Source of the DNA: Thermoanaerobaculia bacterium
GTDB lineage: Bacteria; Acidobacteriota; Thermoanaerobaculia; Multivoradales; UBA5704
DNA: 64,000 nt
Assembly: GCA_045807625.1 (NCBI GenBank)
Contig: JBJMHA010000085.1
Span: 38,831 to 102,830, forward strand
Reading direction: 5' to 3'
Shown: in pieces, positions 45,141 to 55,489 of the stretch
Numbering within the stretch: the first letter of the stretch is position 1
Layout of the letters: the number at the start of each line of letters is the position of its first letter
Made by a program: the position numbers and the translations under genes
The notes under the pieces: generated by a model
Databases searched by the model: none
Told to the model about the DNA's origin: nothing
What the model saw: the letters and a program-made list of their open reading frames with translations, nothing else

Positions 45141-46741
45141 GAGGGAGGATGGGAGGGGTCGGGAGAGGAGTCGGGGGCGGGGGGCCGCGGCATCCTTTTC
45201 AGCACGTAGATCAACTGATCGTTCCCCCGGAAGGTATCCGTCGCGGGGTTGGTGGCGGTCGATCCGAACCGCGCCGCGACCTGATAGTTGGCCAGGATCC
45301 ACCGGCGGACGAACCGGGGGATCTCGGCCTTGCCGTCCTGGCCGATCACCGCTCCCAGGATCAGGTAGTGGTCGCGCCGCTCGATCACCCGTGCCCGCGC
45401 CTTCTCCCAGAGGCGGACCTGGACCTTGGCCGGCAGCGTGTCGAGCCGCGAGGGGAGGAAGGCGAGCTCTCTCAGGAAGAGCACGCGGTCGGTGGGTTTC
45501 ACCTGGCCGGCGAGCCAGCGGACCGCCTTCTCGCGAGAGTCCACGATGGTGAGCTGGAGCCTGCCGTATTCGTAGAGCGCCGGGGCGAAGAGGAGGACGG
45601 GCAGGACCGCGGCGGCGAGGTCGAGCCAGAGGCGATGGGAGGTCCTCTCGCGCAGCCAGGCGTAGAGCAGGGCGATGGCGGCGCAGGCCAGAGGGACGAG
45701 CGCGAGCAGGTTCCGGAACGCCCGGAACTGGTAGGAGGCCACCAGCAGCCCGGTGGCGGCGCCGAAGAGGAGCCAGCCCGCCACCGCGCCCGACCAGCGG
45801 CGATCCCGCAGGCCCACGGCGAGCCCCGCCACCATTAATAGCAGGAAGACGGTTCCCACCTCGGCGTGGGTCGTCGGCAGGTCCCATTCCGCCCGGTGGA
45901 CCGCCTGGTCCCAGTAGGAGCCGGCCTCTTGAGAGCCGTAGATCGAGCCCATGTCGCGCACGCTGTGGAGCACGGTCTCCGTCCGCAGCGCCAGGGCCGG
46001 CATGGCGAGGAGGAGGGCGAGGATCGACGCGGCTCCCGCCAGAAACAGCCGGCGGAGCCTCTCCAGCCAGGAGGCCGGCGCGAGCAGGATCGCCAGCGCG
46101 ACGGCGAGGCAGACCAGGGCGGCCGGATATTTGGTGGCCCCCGCGAGGCCGGCCATCACCCCCGCCAGGATCGCGTCGCGCCGCGGATGCTCAGCCGTGC
46201 GGCTCTTCTCGGCGAAGAAGAGCGCGGCCATGACGAAGAAGGCCACCAGCGGATTGATGTTGACGATCGAGCTGCGCATCACCAGGGCCGGGACCAGGGC
46301 CGCCAGCCACGCCGCGAAGAGGCCCGCCGCGGGGCCAGCGAGGCGCCGGACCAGGAGGCCGGTCAGCAGGACAGTCCCGAGCGAGAAGGCCAGGGTGACG
46401 AGGCGGCCGAGGACGATCACCGCCGGGGGCTCCAGGATGTCGTAGTACTCCGGAGGCGAGGGGGAGAGGTCGTCGAGGAGCGGGTGGCCGTGGGTGAGCG
46501 CGTAGGCCGGCGACCAGGCCAGGGCCGCGCCGGCCACGAGATAGAAGGGGAGGGAGGGGTAGCTGTAGCTGTCCGGCTCCCAGGTGCGGTGCGCGAGCAG
46601 ATAGGTGGCGTGATGGAGGACGTGCCCCTCGTCGACGTAGCTCATGTAGGGGAGGCCCGAGGTGAGCGCGGGCAGGCGGATCCCGGCGGCGACGGTCAGG
46701 ACGGCCAGCCACGGCAGGAGGGATCTCAAGCGGCTCGTCAT
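45137..46741 (-). CDS. Polytopic membrane glycosyltransferase family 39-like (ArnT/PMT-type) protein
   Basis: 534 aa with ~10 predicted TM helices, N-terminal loop with acidic motif (SYVDEGHVLHHA), typical GT-C fold layout. Confidence 0.65.
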   Translation of the reverse strand: MTSRLRSLLPWLAVLTVAAGIRLPALTSGLPYMSYVDEGHVLHHATYLLAHRTWEPDSYSYPSLPFYLVAGAALAWSPAYALTHGHPLLDDLSPSPPEYYDILEPPAVIVLGRLVTLAFSLGTVLLTGLLVRRLAGPAAGLFAAWLAALVPALVMRSSIVNINPLVAFFVMAALFFAEKSRTAEHPRRDAILAGVMAGLAGATKYPAALVCLAVALAILLAPASWLERLRRLFLAGAASILALLLAMPALALRTETVLHSVRDMGSIYGSQEAGSYWDQAVHRAEWDLPTTHAEVGTVFLLLMVAGLAVGLRDRRWSGAVAGWLLFGAATGLLVASYQFRAFRNLLALVPLACAAIALLYAWLRERTSHRLWLDLAAAVLPVLLFAPALYEYGRLQLTIVDSREKAVRWLAGQVKPTDRVLFLRELAFLPSRLDTLPAKVQVRLWEKARARVIERRDHYLILGAVIGQDGKAEIPRFVRRWILANYQVAARFGSTATNPATDTFRGNDQLIYVLKRMPRPPAPDSSPDPSHPPS

Positions 46742-46801
46742 CTTTCTTCATCATATGAAAAGAACCACCGGAGCGCCGGCCGGGTTACAATGTGTTTCAT
46801 C

Positions 46802-47615
46802 GATGGAATCTGACGTTCACCGACCGACGCAAGACGAGCTCCGGGTTTTCTCGGAAAGGATCGCCAGACGGCTCGCCGAGCGCCCGCTCGATCTCGACCC
46901 CGGCTTCCACCGGGAGCGGGTGGCCGGCCTGCTGCGGCAGGCGGGGGAGGCGGGTTTCTATGAGCTCCTCGACCTGCCGCCCACCGCGGCGGCCCAGGAG
47001 ATCCACGACGCCTACGAGCAGATCGCCCGCCTGGTCCATCCGCTGAACGCCCGGCAACTGGGGTTGGAAGGCCGGGAGGGGGTGCTCGAGATGCTCTTCG
47101 AGCGGATCACCCAGGCCTATCTGAACCTCTCCCAGCCGGACCGCCGCAAGGCCTACGACCGCGGGATGTCCTCGCAGGCCTGGTCGGCCGCCCTGGGCCC
47201 CGCTCCTGGCCAGCGCCGGGACGAGGTCCGCGACGTGGCCGACCGCTATCACAAGCGGGCCCTGGAGCTGATCGCCAAGGACGAGCTCTATCTCGCCATC
47301 GAGCTGTTGCGGGAGGCGGTGCGCATCTCGCCGCAGGCGGATCTCTATGCCCTGCTCGGCAAGCTCCAGACGAAGAACCCCCGCTGGCTGCGGGCGGCGG
47401 CGGAGAGCCTGCAGCAGGCGATGGCGCTCGGCTCCCGCGATCCCGAGCTCCCGGCCGCCCTCCACGACGCGCAGGCGCGGCTCGACGCTGGCGAATGGCG
47501 CGCCACCGATGCCACCACCGGGGTGAGCTCCCGGGCTGCCCGCGCCGGCAAATGGGAGGACGCTCCGGACGTCGAGGTGTTCGATCCGGAGGAGGAGATC
47601 GGGGGGCGGCGGTAG
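46802..47615 (+). CDS. J-domain (DnaJ-like) protein with C-terminal TPR-like helical region
   Basis: FYELLDLPPTAAAQEIHDAYEQIARLVHPLNARQ...EMLFERITQAYLNLSQPDRRKAYD matches J-domain helices II-III (HPL in place of HPD). Stop codon TAG is the TAG of a GTAG REP head. Confidence 0.65.
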
Positions 47616-47633
47616 GGGCGGCCCTGTTACAAT
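47612..47633 (+). promoter_or_regulatory. REP half-unit (GTAGGGGCGGCCCT) fused to GTTACAAT -10-like element, positioned as the rnpB promoter
   Basis: ggtaggggcggccctGTTACAATatccgag; TACAAT ends ~5-8 nt before the predicted 5' end of RNase P RNA. Confidence 0.4.
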
Positions 47634-47636
47634 ATC

Positions 47637-48052
<416 letters not shown>

Positions 48053-48054
48053 CT

Positions 48055-48975
48055 TTGATCCCCCCCGCCAAGCTCCCCCCGCCCGCCGGCCCCGGCGACC
48101 GGGTCGGGGTCGCGGCACTCTCGGGCCCCGTCGATCCGGAGCGGCTCGCCCGCGGCGTCGAGGCCCTGCGGCGGCTCGGCTTCGAGCCGGTGCTCGCCGA
48201 TAACCTCCAGGCGCGCCACGGCCTGTTCGCGGGGAGCGACGCCGAGCGGCTGGCCGCCTTCCACCGCCTGGCGGCCGATCCGGCCTTGAGCGCCATCTTC
48301 TTCGCCCGCGGCGGCCACGGCCTGATGCGCGTGCTCACCCATATCGACTGGGACCTGCTGCGGCGCCACCCCCGGGCCTATGTGGGTTATTCGGACCTCA
48401 CCCCGCTCCTCCTGGAGATCGTGCGCCGGCTCGGGCTTGTCACCTTCCACGGGCCGCTGGTCGCCGCCGACCTCGCCCGCGGGCTGTCGCGCGAGGAGGA
48501 GGACTCGCTCCTGGGCGCGCTCGCCGGGTGCTATCCGGCCGACCAGCCGTTCACCCGCTGGCTGCGCGAGCCGCGGGACGGCGAGGTGCGCGGGACGCTG
48601 CTGGGCGGTTGCCTCAGCCTGCTCACGGCCACGCTCGGCACGCCGTTCGCCCCGGACCTCGAGGGGGGGATCGTCTTCTGGGAGGACGTCGACGAGCCCC
48701 CCTACCGGCTGGACCGCATGTTGACCCACCTGGGGCTCTCGGGTACTCTCGGAAACATCGCGGGCATGATCGTCGGCCACCTCGGAGAGAGCCAGGACCC
48801 GGACGGTGAGCCGGTCGACTGGCCGGCGTTGATCGCCGACGGTCTGGCGCGTTTCTCCTGGCCGCTCGCCTGGGGGCTCGAAAGCGGGCACGCCGCGCCC
48901 AACCGCACGCTCCCGGTGGGGCTGCCGGCGCGGCTGGACGCGGAGGCCCGCCGGCTCGTGCTCGGCGAAGACTAG
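48055..48975 (+). CDS. ldcA: LD-carboxypeptidase (peptidase S66, muramoyltetrapeptide carboxypeptidase)
   Basis: GDRVGVAALSGP...ARGGHG...YVGYSDLTPLL (GxSDxT nucleophile motif) ... FWEDVDEPPYRLDRML; TTG start as listed, true start uncertain. Confidence 0.8.
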   Translation: MIPPAKLPPPAGPGDRVGVAALSGPVDPERLARGVEALRRLGFEPVLADNLQARHGLFAGSDAERLAAFHRLAADPALSAIFFARGGHGLMRVLTHIDWDLLRRHPRAYVGYSDLTPLLLEIVRRLGLVTFHGPLVAADLARGLSREEEDSLLGALAGCYPADQPFTRWLREPRDGEVRGTLLGGCLSLLTATLGTPFAPDLEGGIVFWEDVDEPPYRLDRMLTHLGLSGTLGNIAGMIVGHLGESQDPDGEPVDWPALIADGLARFSWPLAWGLESGHAAPNRTLPVGLPARLDAEARRLVLGED

Positions 48976-48988
48976 ATCGAGGTTTCGC

Positions 48989-49804
48989 ATGGCGAACCCA
49001 GTGTTCAAGACCACCGGCAACGGCCCCACCGGCCCCAACCCCGTACCGTCCGCCTCGGGTGGCGCGGGCAAGAAGGGCTATGCGGCCGAATACAAGGCCG
49101 GCGAGCACATCTTCCGCGAGGGGGACCTCGGGACGGAGATGTACATCATCAACGAGGGGAAGGTGGAGATCCTCAACCAGGTCGGCGACGAGGAGCAGGT
49201 GCTCGCCGTGCTGGAGAAGGGGGACTTCTTCGGCGAGATGTCGGTGCTGGAGGACCTCCCCCGGGCCGCCACGGCGCGGGCCGCCACGGACGTCCGGCTG
49301 TTGCAGATCAACGGCTCGACCTTCGACCAGCTCCTGCAGGGGAACCCCGAGATCGCCGTCCGCATGATGCGCAAGCTCTCGCGCCGGCTGCGCGAGACGG
49401 ACGAGATGATCAAGTCGCTGCTAGGCACCAAGATCTCTTCGCGGGAGATGCCGAGGCCGGACGTCCAGGTGCCGGCCGAGGGGCCGGAGCGGCTGGTGCA
49501 CGCGCCGTCCGGCATGGAGTTCCACCTCTCGAACGGCTCGGAGACCACGATCGGCCGCAAGGACCCGGTGACCGGCATCTACCCCGACATCGACCTCACC
49601 CCCGTGGACAACCAGCGCTCGATCAGCCGCCGCCACGCCAAGATCTACCGCCGCGGCAGCAAGTATTTCTTCGGCGAGGAGATCGGCACCATGAACGCCA
49701 CCTTCCTCAACGGCCGCCGCCTGGACACCGGCATCCCCTCCGAGATCAAGACGGGCGACGAGCTCCGCTTCGGCGTGGTCGTCCTCCGCTTCGAGGGGGT
49801 TTGA
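48989..49804 (+). CDS. Cyclic nucleotide-binding domain / FHA domain protein
   Basis: cNMP-binding motifs (FREGDLGTEMYIINEGKVEIL...FFGEMSVLE...RAATARAATDVRLL) followed by FHA domain (TTIGRKDPVTGIYPDIDLT...ISRRHAKIYRRGSKYFFGEEIGTMNATFLNGRRL...GDELRFG). Confidence 0.8.
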   Translation: MANPVFKTTGNGPTGPNPVPSASGGAGKKGYAAEYKAGEHIFREGDLGTEMYIINEGKVEILNQVGDEEQVLAVLEKGDFFGEMSVLEDLPRAATARAATDVRLLQINGSTFDQLLQGNPEIAVRMMRKLSRRLRETDEMIKSLLGTKISSREMPRPDVQVPAEGPERLVHAPSGMEFHLSNGSETTIGRKDPVTGIYPDIDLTPVDNQRSISRRHAKIYRRGSKYFFGEEIGTMNATFLNGRRLDTGIPSEIKTGDELRFGVVVLRFEGV

Positions 49805-49868
49805 GCGCGCTGGAAACGGCGCTGGATCTCCGCTGGATCTCGATGCTCCCCTCCGGACGGTCCGCGGC

Positions 49869-51923
49869 GTGGGACCCGCTCGCGCCAGGGATCTCGCCGA
49901 CGCCGGCCTCCACACGGTTCGCGATCTGATCCTCCACCTCCCCTTCCGCTATGAGGACCGGCGCGGCGTCCTGCCGGTGGCCGCGGCCACGGCCGGGGTC
50001 TCCGCCACTTTCCGGGGGCGCCTGGTGGAGGTGCGCCGCATCCGCACCCGCCGCCGGAGCTTCTCGCTGGTCCGCGGCTTCGTGGAGGACGATTCGGGCC
50101 GGCTGCCGGTGGTGTGGTTCAATCGGCCGTATCTGGCGAGCCAAGTGAATCCGACGGATCCGACGGATCCGACGGATCCGACCGATCCGTCTGATCGCGA
50201 GGAATATGTCCTCCACGGCCCGGTGCGGCCCGCGAAAGAGGGCCTGGAATTGGTGAATCCCTCCTGCGAGCGGGCGGCGGCGGAGGCCGTCCACGGCGAC
50301 CGGATCGCGCCCGTCTATCCGGCGGCCGGCAAGGTGGGGCCGGCGGCCCTGCGGCGGATTCTGGACGGCATCCTTCAGCAAGTCGACCTGCCGGGGGAGG
50401 TGCCGGAGACGGTGCCCACGGAGCTTCTCCAGCGCCACGGGCTGCCGCCGCTGGGGGAGGCCCTGGAGGATCTCCATCACCCGGGAGCGGACGCGGACGT
50501 CGAATCCTTGAATGAACGGCGCACCCCGGCTCATCGCAGGCTGATCTACGGCGAGCTCCTGGAGCTCCAGGTGGCGTTGGCCCTCCTGCGCCTGCGGGAG
50601 GAAGCGGAGCCGCGGACCCGGCGCTACCGGACCGGCCCCCGGCTCCGGAAGCTTCTCGCGGAGATCCCGCCGTTCCCGCTGACCGGCGCCCAGAAGCGGG
50701 TGGTGACGGAGATCCTGGCCGACCTGGCCCGCCCCCACCCCATGCTCCGGCTGCTTCAAGGGGACGTGGGGAGCGGCAAGACGGTCGTGGCGGCCCTGGC
50801 GCTCGCCGCCGCCCTGGAGAGCGGCTACCAGGGGGCCTTCATGACGCCCACCGAGCTGCTGGCCGAGCAGCACCACGAAGGCCTGGCGCGGCTGCTGGGG
50901 GACCGCTGGCGGACGGTCCTGCTGACCGGCTCGGCCGCGGAGGCGGACCGCCGCCGCGCGGAGCTCGCCTCGGGGGAGGCGCGGCTGGCCGTGGGGACCC
51001 ACGCGCTGATCCAGGAGACCGTCGAATTCCAGGACCTGGGGCTGGTGGTGATCGACGAGCAGCACCGCTTCGGCGTGGCCCAGCGCGAGCTCCTGCGCCG
51101 CAAGGGGGACCGGCCGGACTTGCTGGTGATGACCGCCACGCCCATCCCCCGCTCCCTCGCCATGACAGTGTATGGCGACCTCGCCGTCTCCACCCTGGAC
51201 GAGCTGCCGCCGGGCCGCTCGCCGGTGCGGACCGAGGTGGTGCCGGCGCGCCGGCGCGAGGAGGTCTACCGCCGGCTGCGGGCGGCGGTCCAGGCCGGGG
51301 AGCGGGCCTACGTGGTGGCCCCCCTGATCGAGGAGAGCGGGCGGATCGATGCCGCCTCGCTGGCCGAGGTGGAGGCGCGGGTGCGCGAGGCCCTGGAGGG
51401 GTTCCCGGTCGCGATGGTCCACGGCCGTATGCTGTTCCCTGAGCGGGAGCGGGCCCTGCGCGCCTTCGCCAAGGGGGAGGTCCGGGCGCTGGTGGCGACC
51501 ACGGTGATCGAGGTCGGGCTCGACGTGCCCGCGGCCACCTGGATGGTGATCGAGAGCGCCGAGCGCTTCGGCCTCGCCCAGCTCCACCAGCTCCGGGGAA
51601 GGGTAGGGCGGGGATCGGCGCCCGCCACCTGTGTCGCCCTCCACGGACGGCTCTCGGAGACGGCCCGCCAGAGGCTGGAGATCTTCGCCTCGACCACGGA
51701 CGGCTTCGAGATCGCCGAGCGGGACCTCGCCCTGCGCGGCCCCGGCGACCTCCTGGGGACCCGCCAGGCCGGCCTGCCGTCCCTCAAGGCCGCCCGCCTG
51801 CCGGAGGACTGGGACTGGCTGGTGCGGGCGCGCGACGATGCCCGTGAGATGCTGGGGCGGCTGGACGCGGCGGCCTTGCGGGAGCTGGAGAAGGCGGTGG
51901 CTTCCAGGAGCGGAGGGGTATGA
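49869..51923 (+). CDS. recG: ATP-dependent DNA helicase RecG
   Basis: GVGPARARDLADAGLHTVRDLILHLPFRYEDR N-terminus, wedge domain, helicase motifs (GDVGSGKT, DEQHRFGV, TATPIPR, etc.). True start probably a non-ATG codon a few codons upstream of GTG 49869. Contains in-frame NPTDPTDPTDPTDPSDRE insertion. Confidence 0.9.
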   Translation: MGPARARDLADAGLHTVRDLILHLPFRYEDRRGVLPVAAATAGVSATFRGRLVEVRRIRTRRRSFSLVRGFVEDDSGRLPVVWFNRPYLASQVNPTDPTDPTDPTDPSDREEYVLHGPVRPAKEGLELVNPSCERAAAEAVHGDRIAPVYPAAGKVGPAALRRILDGILQQVDLPGEVPETVPTELLQRHGLPPLGEALEDLHHPGADADVESLNERRTPAHRRLIYGELLELQVALALLRLREEAEPRTRRYRTGPRLRKLLAEIPPFPLTGAQKRVVTEILADLARPHPMLRLLQGDVGSGKTVVAALALAAALESGYQGAFMTPTELLAEQHHEGLARLLGDRWRTVLLTGSAAEADRRRAELASGEARLAVGTHALIQETVEFQDLGLVVIDEQHRFGVAQRELLRRKGDRPDLLVMTATPIPRSLAMTVYGDLAVSTLDELPPGRSPVRTEVVPARRREEVYRRLRAAVQAGERAYVVAPLIEESGRIDAASLAEVEARVREALEGFPVAMVHGRMLFPERERALRAFAKGEVRALVATTVIEVGLDVPAATWMVIESAERFGLAQLHQLRGRVGRGSAPATCVALHGRLSETARQRLEIFASTTDGFEIAERDLALRGPGDLLGTRQAGLPSLKAARLPEDWDWLVRARDDAREMLGRLDAAALRELEKAVASRSGGV
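50150..50200. repeat. GATCCGACG-type palindromic repeat inserted in-frame within recG
   Basis: gaatccgacggatccgacggatccgacggatccgaccgatccgtctgatcg encodes NPTDPTDPTDPTDPSD; same sequence family as intergenic palindromes at 11462-11510 and 45100-45140. Confidence 0.6.
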
Positions 51924-53068
51924 TGCGCGTCCTTTTCATCGTCAACACCCTGCCGCCGAAGGACGTTTCCGGCGTCGGTGAACAGGTGCTACAGTTGGCC
52001 GCCGGCCTGCGGGAGCTTGGAGACGAGGTGGAGGTGCTGGGCCGCGGTCCGCAGGGAGCTGCGGGCCCCAAGATCCTCTTCCCCCTGACGGTCGTTCCGG
52101 CGGCCTGGCGGGCGCTCCGCCGCTTCCGTCCCGACGTGGTGCAGGTGCACGAGTCGGACGGCGCGCTGGCGGCCCTGCTGGTCCGGGCGACGCGGAATCT
52201 GATGGAGCCGCGCCCGCTCCTCGTGTCCCTGCTCCAGGTGAGCTACGTCGAGGAGCTGCGGGCGGTAAGGCCGCTGGTGGCGGGGGGGAAGGTGCTCGGC
52301 CGGCCGGGGAGCGTCGAGAGGCGCTTCCGCTGGCTCAAGGCGCCGTTCCACATCCTGCTCGGCATGATCAGCGCGCGCGCCGCCGACGTGGTGCTGGCGC
52401 CCAGCGAGGCCACCGCCTCCGAGATCCGCCGCGACTACCGGGTCGAGGAGGTCGGAGTGATCCCCAACGTCACGGGCGGGCTCGGGATCGAGCCCGGGGA
52501 GGTCGAGGGGCCCACGGGTTACCTGCTGTACGTCGGGCGCCTGCGCATCCGCAAGGGGGTGGAGGTGCTGCTGGAAGCCCTTCGCGAGCTGCGCCGCGGG
52601 GTCCCCGGGGCGGTGCTGAGGATCGCCGGCAACGGCGAGCACCGGGCCGCTCTGGAGCGCGCGGCGGCGGACCTGGGGCTTGTTGGGCCCGCCGTGACCT
52701 TCCTCGGCACCCAGAGCGCCGCCCAGGTGCGGACGCTGCTCCACGGGGCGGCGGCCCTGGTCATCCCCTCGACCTACGAGGGGATGCCGCTGGTGGTGGT
52801 CGAGGCCATGGACGCGGGGGTGCCGATCGTCGCCAGCGCGGTGAGCGGCATTCCGGAGGTGGTGGAGGACGGGGAGACCGGCTGGCTGGTGCCGCCGGAA
52901 GACCCGGAAGCCCTCGCCCGCGCGCTGGAGGAGGTCCTCGCGGACCCCGCCGAGGCGCGGCGGCGGGGGGAGGCGGGGCGGCGGCGGGCCGCCGAGCGCT
53001 ATCGTCCGGCGGTGGCGGTGGAGCGCTGGCGCGCGGCGGTCGAACGAGGATTGGAAGGAGCTCGATGA
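51920..53068 (+). CDS. Glycosyltransferase family 4 (GT-B, retaining)
   Basis: MMRVLFIVNTLPPKDVSGVGEQV... N-terminal domain; C-terminal GT1/GT4 motif (AAALVIPSTYEGMPLVVVEAMDAGVPIVASAVSGIPEVVEDGETGWLV). Confidence 0.8.
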   Translation: MMRVLFIVNTLPPKDVSGVGEQVLQLAAGLRELGDEVEVLGRGPQGAAGPKILFPLTVVPAAWRALRRFRPDVVQVHESDGALAALLVRATRNLMEPRPLLVSLLQVSYVEELRAVRPLVAGGKVLGRPGSVERRFRWLKAPFHILLGMISARAADVVLAPSEATASEIRRDYRVEEVGVIPNVTGGLGIEPGEVEGPTGYLLYVGRLRIRKGVEVLLEALRELRRGVPGAVLRIAGNGEHRAALERAAADLGLVGPAVTFLGTQSAAQVRTLLHGAAALVIPSTYEGMPLVVVEAMDAGVPIVASAVSGIPEVVEDGETGWLVPPEDPEALARALEEVLADPAEARRRGEAGRRRAAERYRPAVAVERWRAAVERGLEGAR

Positions 53069-53562
53069 TGGGACGTTCGTTGTGGTTTCTGGGCGCCCTG
53101 GCCACCGCCGGGATCGCCGTCACGGCCGCGCTCGGCTACGGTCTGAGCTCGCCGGCCGATCCCGGCATGCCCCGCCACATCATCGCGGCGCTCGCGTCGA
53201 GCCTGCTGCTGATGCTCTCCCAGTGCTGGATCCTGCTCTACCTGCTCGGCACGGGCAAGGTGATCCGGGACGCCGTGCGGGAGGGGGGGCTCGATCCGGC
53301 CCCCCTGGACCGGCTGCGCCGCCTGCGGCGGGTCTGCTATCCCGCGCTCCTGCTGGCCATGGCGCTGGTCCTGGGCACCTTCCTGGTGGGCGGCGTGGTG
53401 GCCGCCAAGGGGGCTCCGCCCTGGGTCCATCACGCGCTGTTCTGGGCCGCCATCGCCACACAGGCGGGCGCCCTGTGGATCGAGTGGTGGGGCCTCGCCG
53501 GGAACGAGAGCCTGCTGGTGGAGGTCGACCGGCGGCTGGTCGCGGCGGCCCCGGCCTCCTGA
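53065..53562 (+). CDS. Hypothetical integral membrane protein (4 TM helices)
   Basis: ATGATG overlap with preceding gene; hydrophobic helices LWFLGALATAGIAVTAALGYGL, IIAALASSLLLMLSQCWILLYLLG, etc. Confidence 0.55.
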   Translation: MMGRSLWFLGALATAGIAVTAALGYGLSSPADPGMPRHIIAALASSLLLMLSQCWILLYLLGTGKVIRDAVREGGLDPAPLDRLRRLRRVCYPALLLAMALVLGTFLVGGVVAAKGAPPWVHHALFWAAIATQAGALWIEWWGLAGNESLLVEVDRRLVAAAPAS

Positions 53563-53648
53563 CGCTTCCGCAAACGACTTTCCGGCGCTTATGATTCGGG
53601 GCTCCGGCCGGCCGGGCCTGAGGAATCCACCCTCCGAGGAGGAGACGA

Positions 53649-54674
53649 GTGACTGAACAGAAGATTGTGCTGTCGGGGATGCGCTCGACGGGCAAGATCC
53701 ATCTGGGCAACTATTTCGGCGCCCTGAAGAACTGGGTCGAGCTGCAGGACCGCTACCGCTGCTACTACTTCGCGGCCGACTGGCACGCCCTGACCAGCGA
53801 CTACGCCGACCCCTCGCAGATCGCCCAGAACACGGTCGAGATGGTGATCGACTGGATCTCGGCCGGCCTCGATCCGGAGCGCTCGACGATCTTCATCCAG
53901 TCGATGGTGCCCGATCACGCCGAGCTCCATCTGCTGCTCTCGATGCTCACCCCCCTCGGCTGGCTGGAGCGGGTGCCGACCTACAAGGAGCAGATCCAGC
54001 AGATCGAGAACAAGGATCTCTCGACCTACGGCTTCCTCGGCTACCCCGTGCTGCAGACGGTGGACATCGCCATCTACCGCGCCCACTTCGTGCCGGTGGG
54101 GGAGGACCAGGCGAGCCACCTGGAGATCAGCCGCGAGATCGTGCGCCGGTTCAACTACCTGTACGGCGCCGAGGTCTTCCCCGAGCCGCAGGCCCTCTTC
54201 ACCCCGGCCGCCAAGGTGCCGGGGATCGATGGCCGCAAGATGTCAAAGTCCTACGGCAACGCCATCAACCTCTCGGATTCGCCCGAGGTGATCCTCCAGA
54301 AGTGCAAGCAGATGTTCACCGATCCGCAGCGGCTGAAGCGCAGCGATCCCGGGCGCCCCGAGGTGTGCAACCTCTACGACTTCCACAAGCTGCTCTCGCC
54401 GCTGGACATCCAGGAGCGGGTGGCCCATCAGTGCAGGGCGGCGCAGATCGGCTGCGTGGACGACAAGAAGCTGCTGGCGCAGATCCTCACCGACTACCTG
54501 GAGCCGTTCCGCCGCCGCCGCGCCGAGTTGGAGAGCGACCGCGACACGGTGTTCGACATCCTTCTCGAAGGGTCCCGCAAGGCCCGCGAGCGCACGGCGG
54601 AGACCATGGAGGCGGTGCGCTCGGCCATGGGGCTCGATTATCGTAAGGCCCTGCAGAAAGTGGTCACCGGATGA
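53649..54674 (+). CDS. trpS: Tryptophan--tRNA ligase
   Basis: GTG start; class I motifs SGMRSTGKIHLGNY (HIGH region) and KMSKSYGNAI (KMSKS). Confidence 0.95.
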   Translation: MTEQKIVLSGMRSTGKIHLGNYFGALKNWVELQDRYRCYYFAADWHALTSDYADPSQIAQNTVEMVIDWISAGLDPERSTIFIQSMVPDHAELHLLLSMLTPLGWLERVPTYKEQIQQIENKDLSTYGFLGYPVLQTVDIAIYRAHFVPVGEDQASHLEISREIVRRFNYLYGAEVFPEPQALFTPAAKVPGIDGRKMSKSYGNAINLSDSPEVILQKCKQMFTDPQRLKRSDPGRPEVCNLYDFHKLLSPLDIQERVAHQCRAAQIGCVDDKKLLAQILTDYLEPFRRRRAELESDRDTVFDILLEGSRKARERTAETMEAVRSAMGLDYRKALQKVVTG

Positions 54675-55489
54675 GCGACGAGAACGAGACGCCGGAAGGC
54701 GGAGCGGAGGGCCCGGCGGGCCTGCCGGAGTCCTGGCAGGTCCACCTGCCGATCTTCGACGGGCCGCTCGACCTCCTGCTGCACCTGATCAAGCTCAACC
54801 GGGTGGAGATCACCGACATCCCGGTCGCCACGATCTGCGATCAGTTCCACGCCTACCTCCAGCTCATGGAGGTGCTGAACCTGGACGTGGCCGGCGAGTA
54901 CATCTACGAGGCGGCGCTGCTGATCCACCTCAAGTCCAAGATGCTCCTGCCGCGCCCGCCCAGGGCGGAGGGGGAGCCGGAGGAGGACCCGCGCCAGGAG
55001 CTGGTCGACCGCCTGCTCGAATACCGGCGCCTGAAGGAGGTAGCCCAATCGTTCGCCGAGGTGGATCGGCTGCGCATGGGGATCTGGACGCGCAAGCCAC
55101 AGCCCCTGCCCGCTCTTCCCGAGGATGAGGAGCAGACGATCGACCTGGGCGAGGTCTCGCTCTTCGACCTCCTGGGGGCCCTGAAGACCGCCCTCGTCCG
55201 CTACGACCGCGAGCATCCGCCGCCGATCCAGCTCTCCCTGGAGGCGTACTCGGTGCGCGGTCAGTTCGACCGGCTGCTGGGCTTCCTCGACGCCGGGCAT
55301 CCTTATGATCTGATCGCCGACCTCAAGGAGCGCACCTGCCGGGCGGAGGCCATCGCCACCTTCCTGGCCGTGCTGGAGCTGGCGCGTCTCAACCTGATCC
55401 GGGTCCACCAGACCGAGAGCGGTGACATCCTGCTCTACCGCACCACGCGCGAGCTGGGGGATGTCGACCGGGAGGCGATCGGCGTATGA
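54671..55489 (+). CDS. scpA: Segregation and condensation protein A
   Basis: VHLPIFDGPLDLLLHLIKLNRVEITDIPVATICDQFHAYL... canonical ScpA N-terminus; followed by scpB. Confidence 0.9.
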   Translation: MSDENETPEGGAEGPAGLPESWQVHLPIFDGPLDLLLHLIKLNRVEITDIPVATICDQFHAYLQLMEVLNLDVAGEYIYEAALLIHLKSKMLLPRPPRAEGEPEEDPRQELVDRLLEYRRLKEVAQSFAEVDRLRMGIWTRKPQPLPALPEDEEQTIDLGEVSLFDLLGALKTALVRYDREHPPPIQLSLEAYSVRGQFDRLLGFLDAGHPYDLIADLKERTCRAEAIATFLAVLELARLNLIRVHQTESGDILLYRTTRELGDVDREAIGV

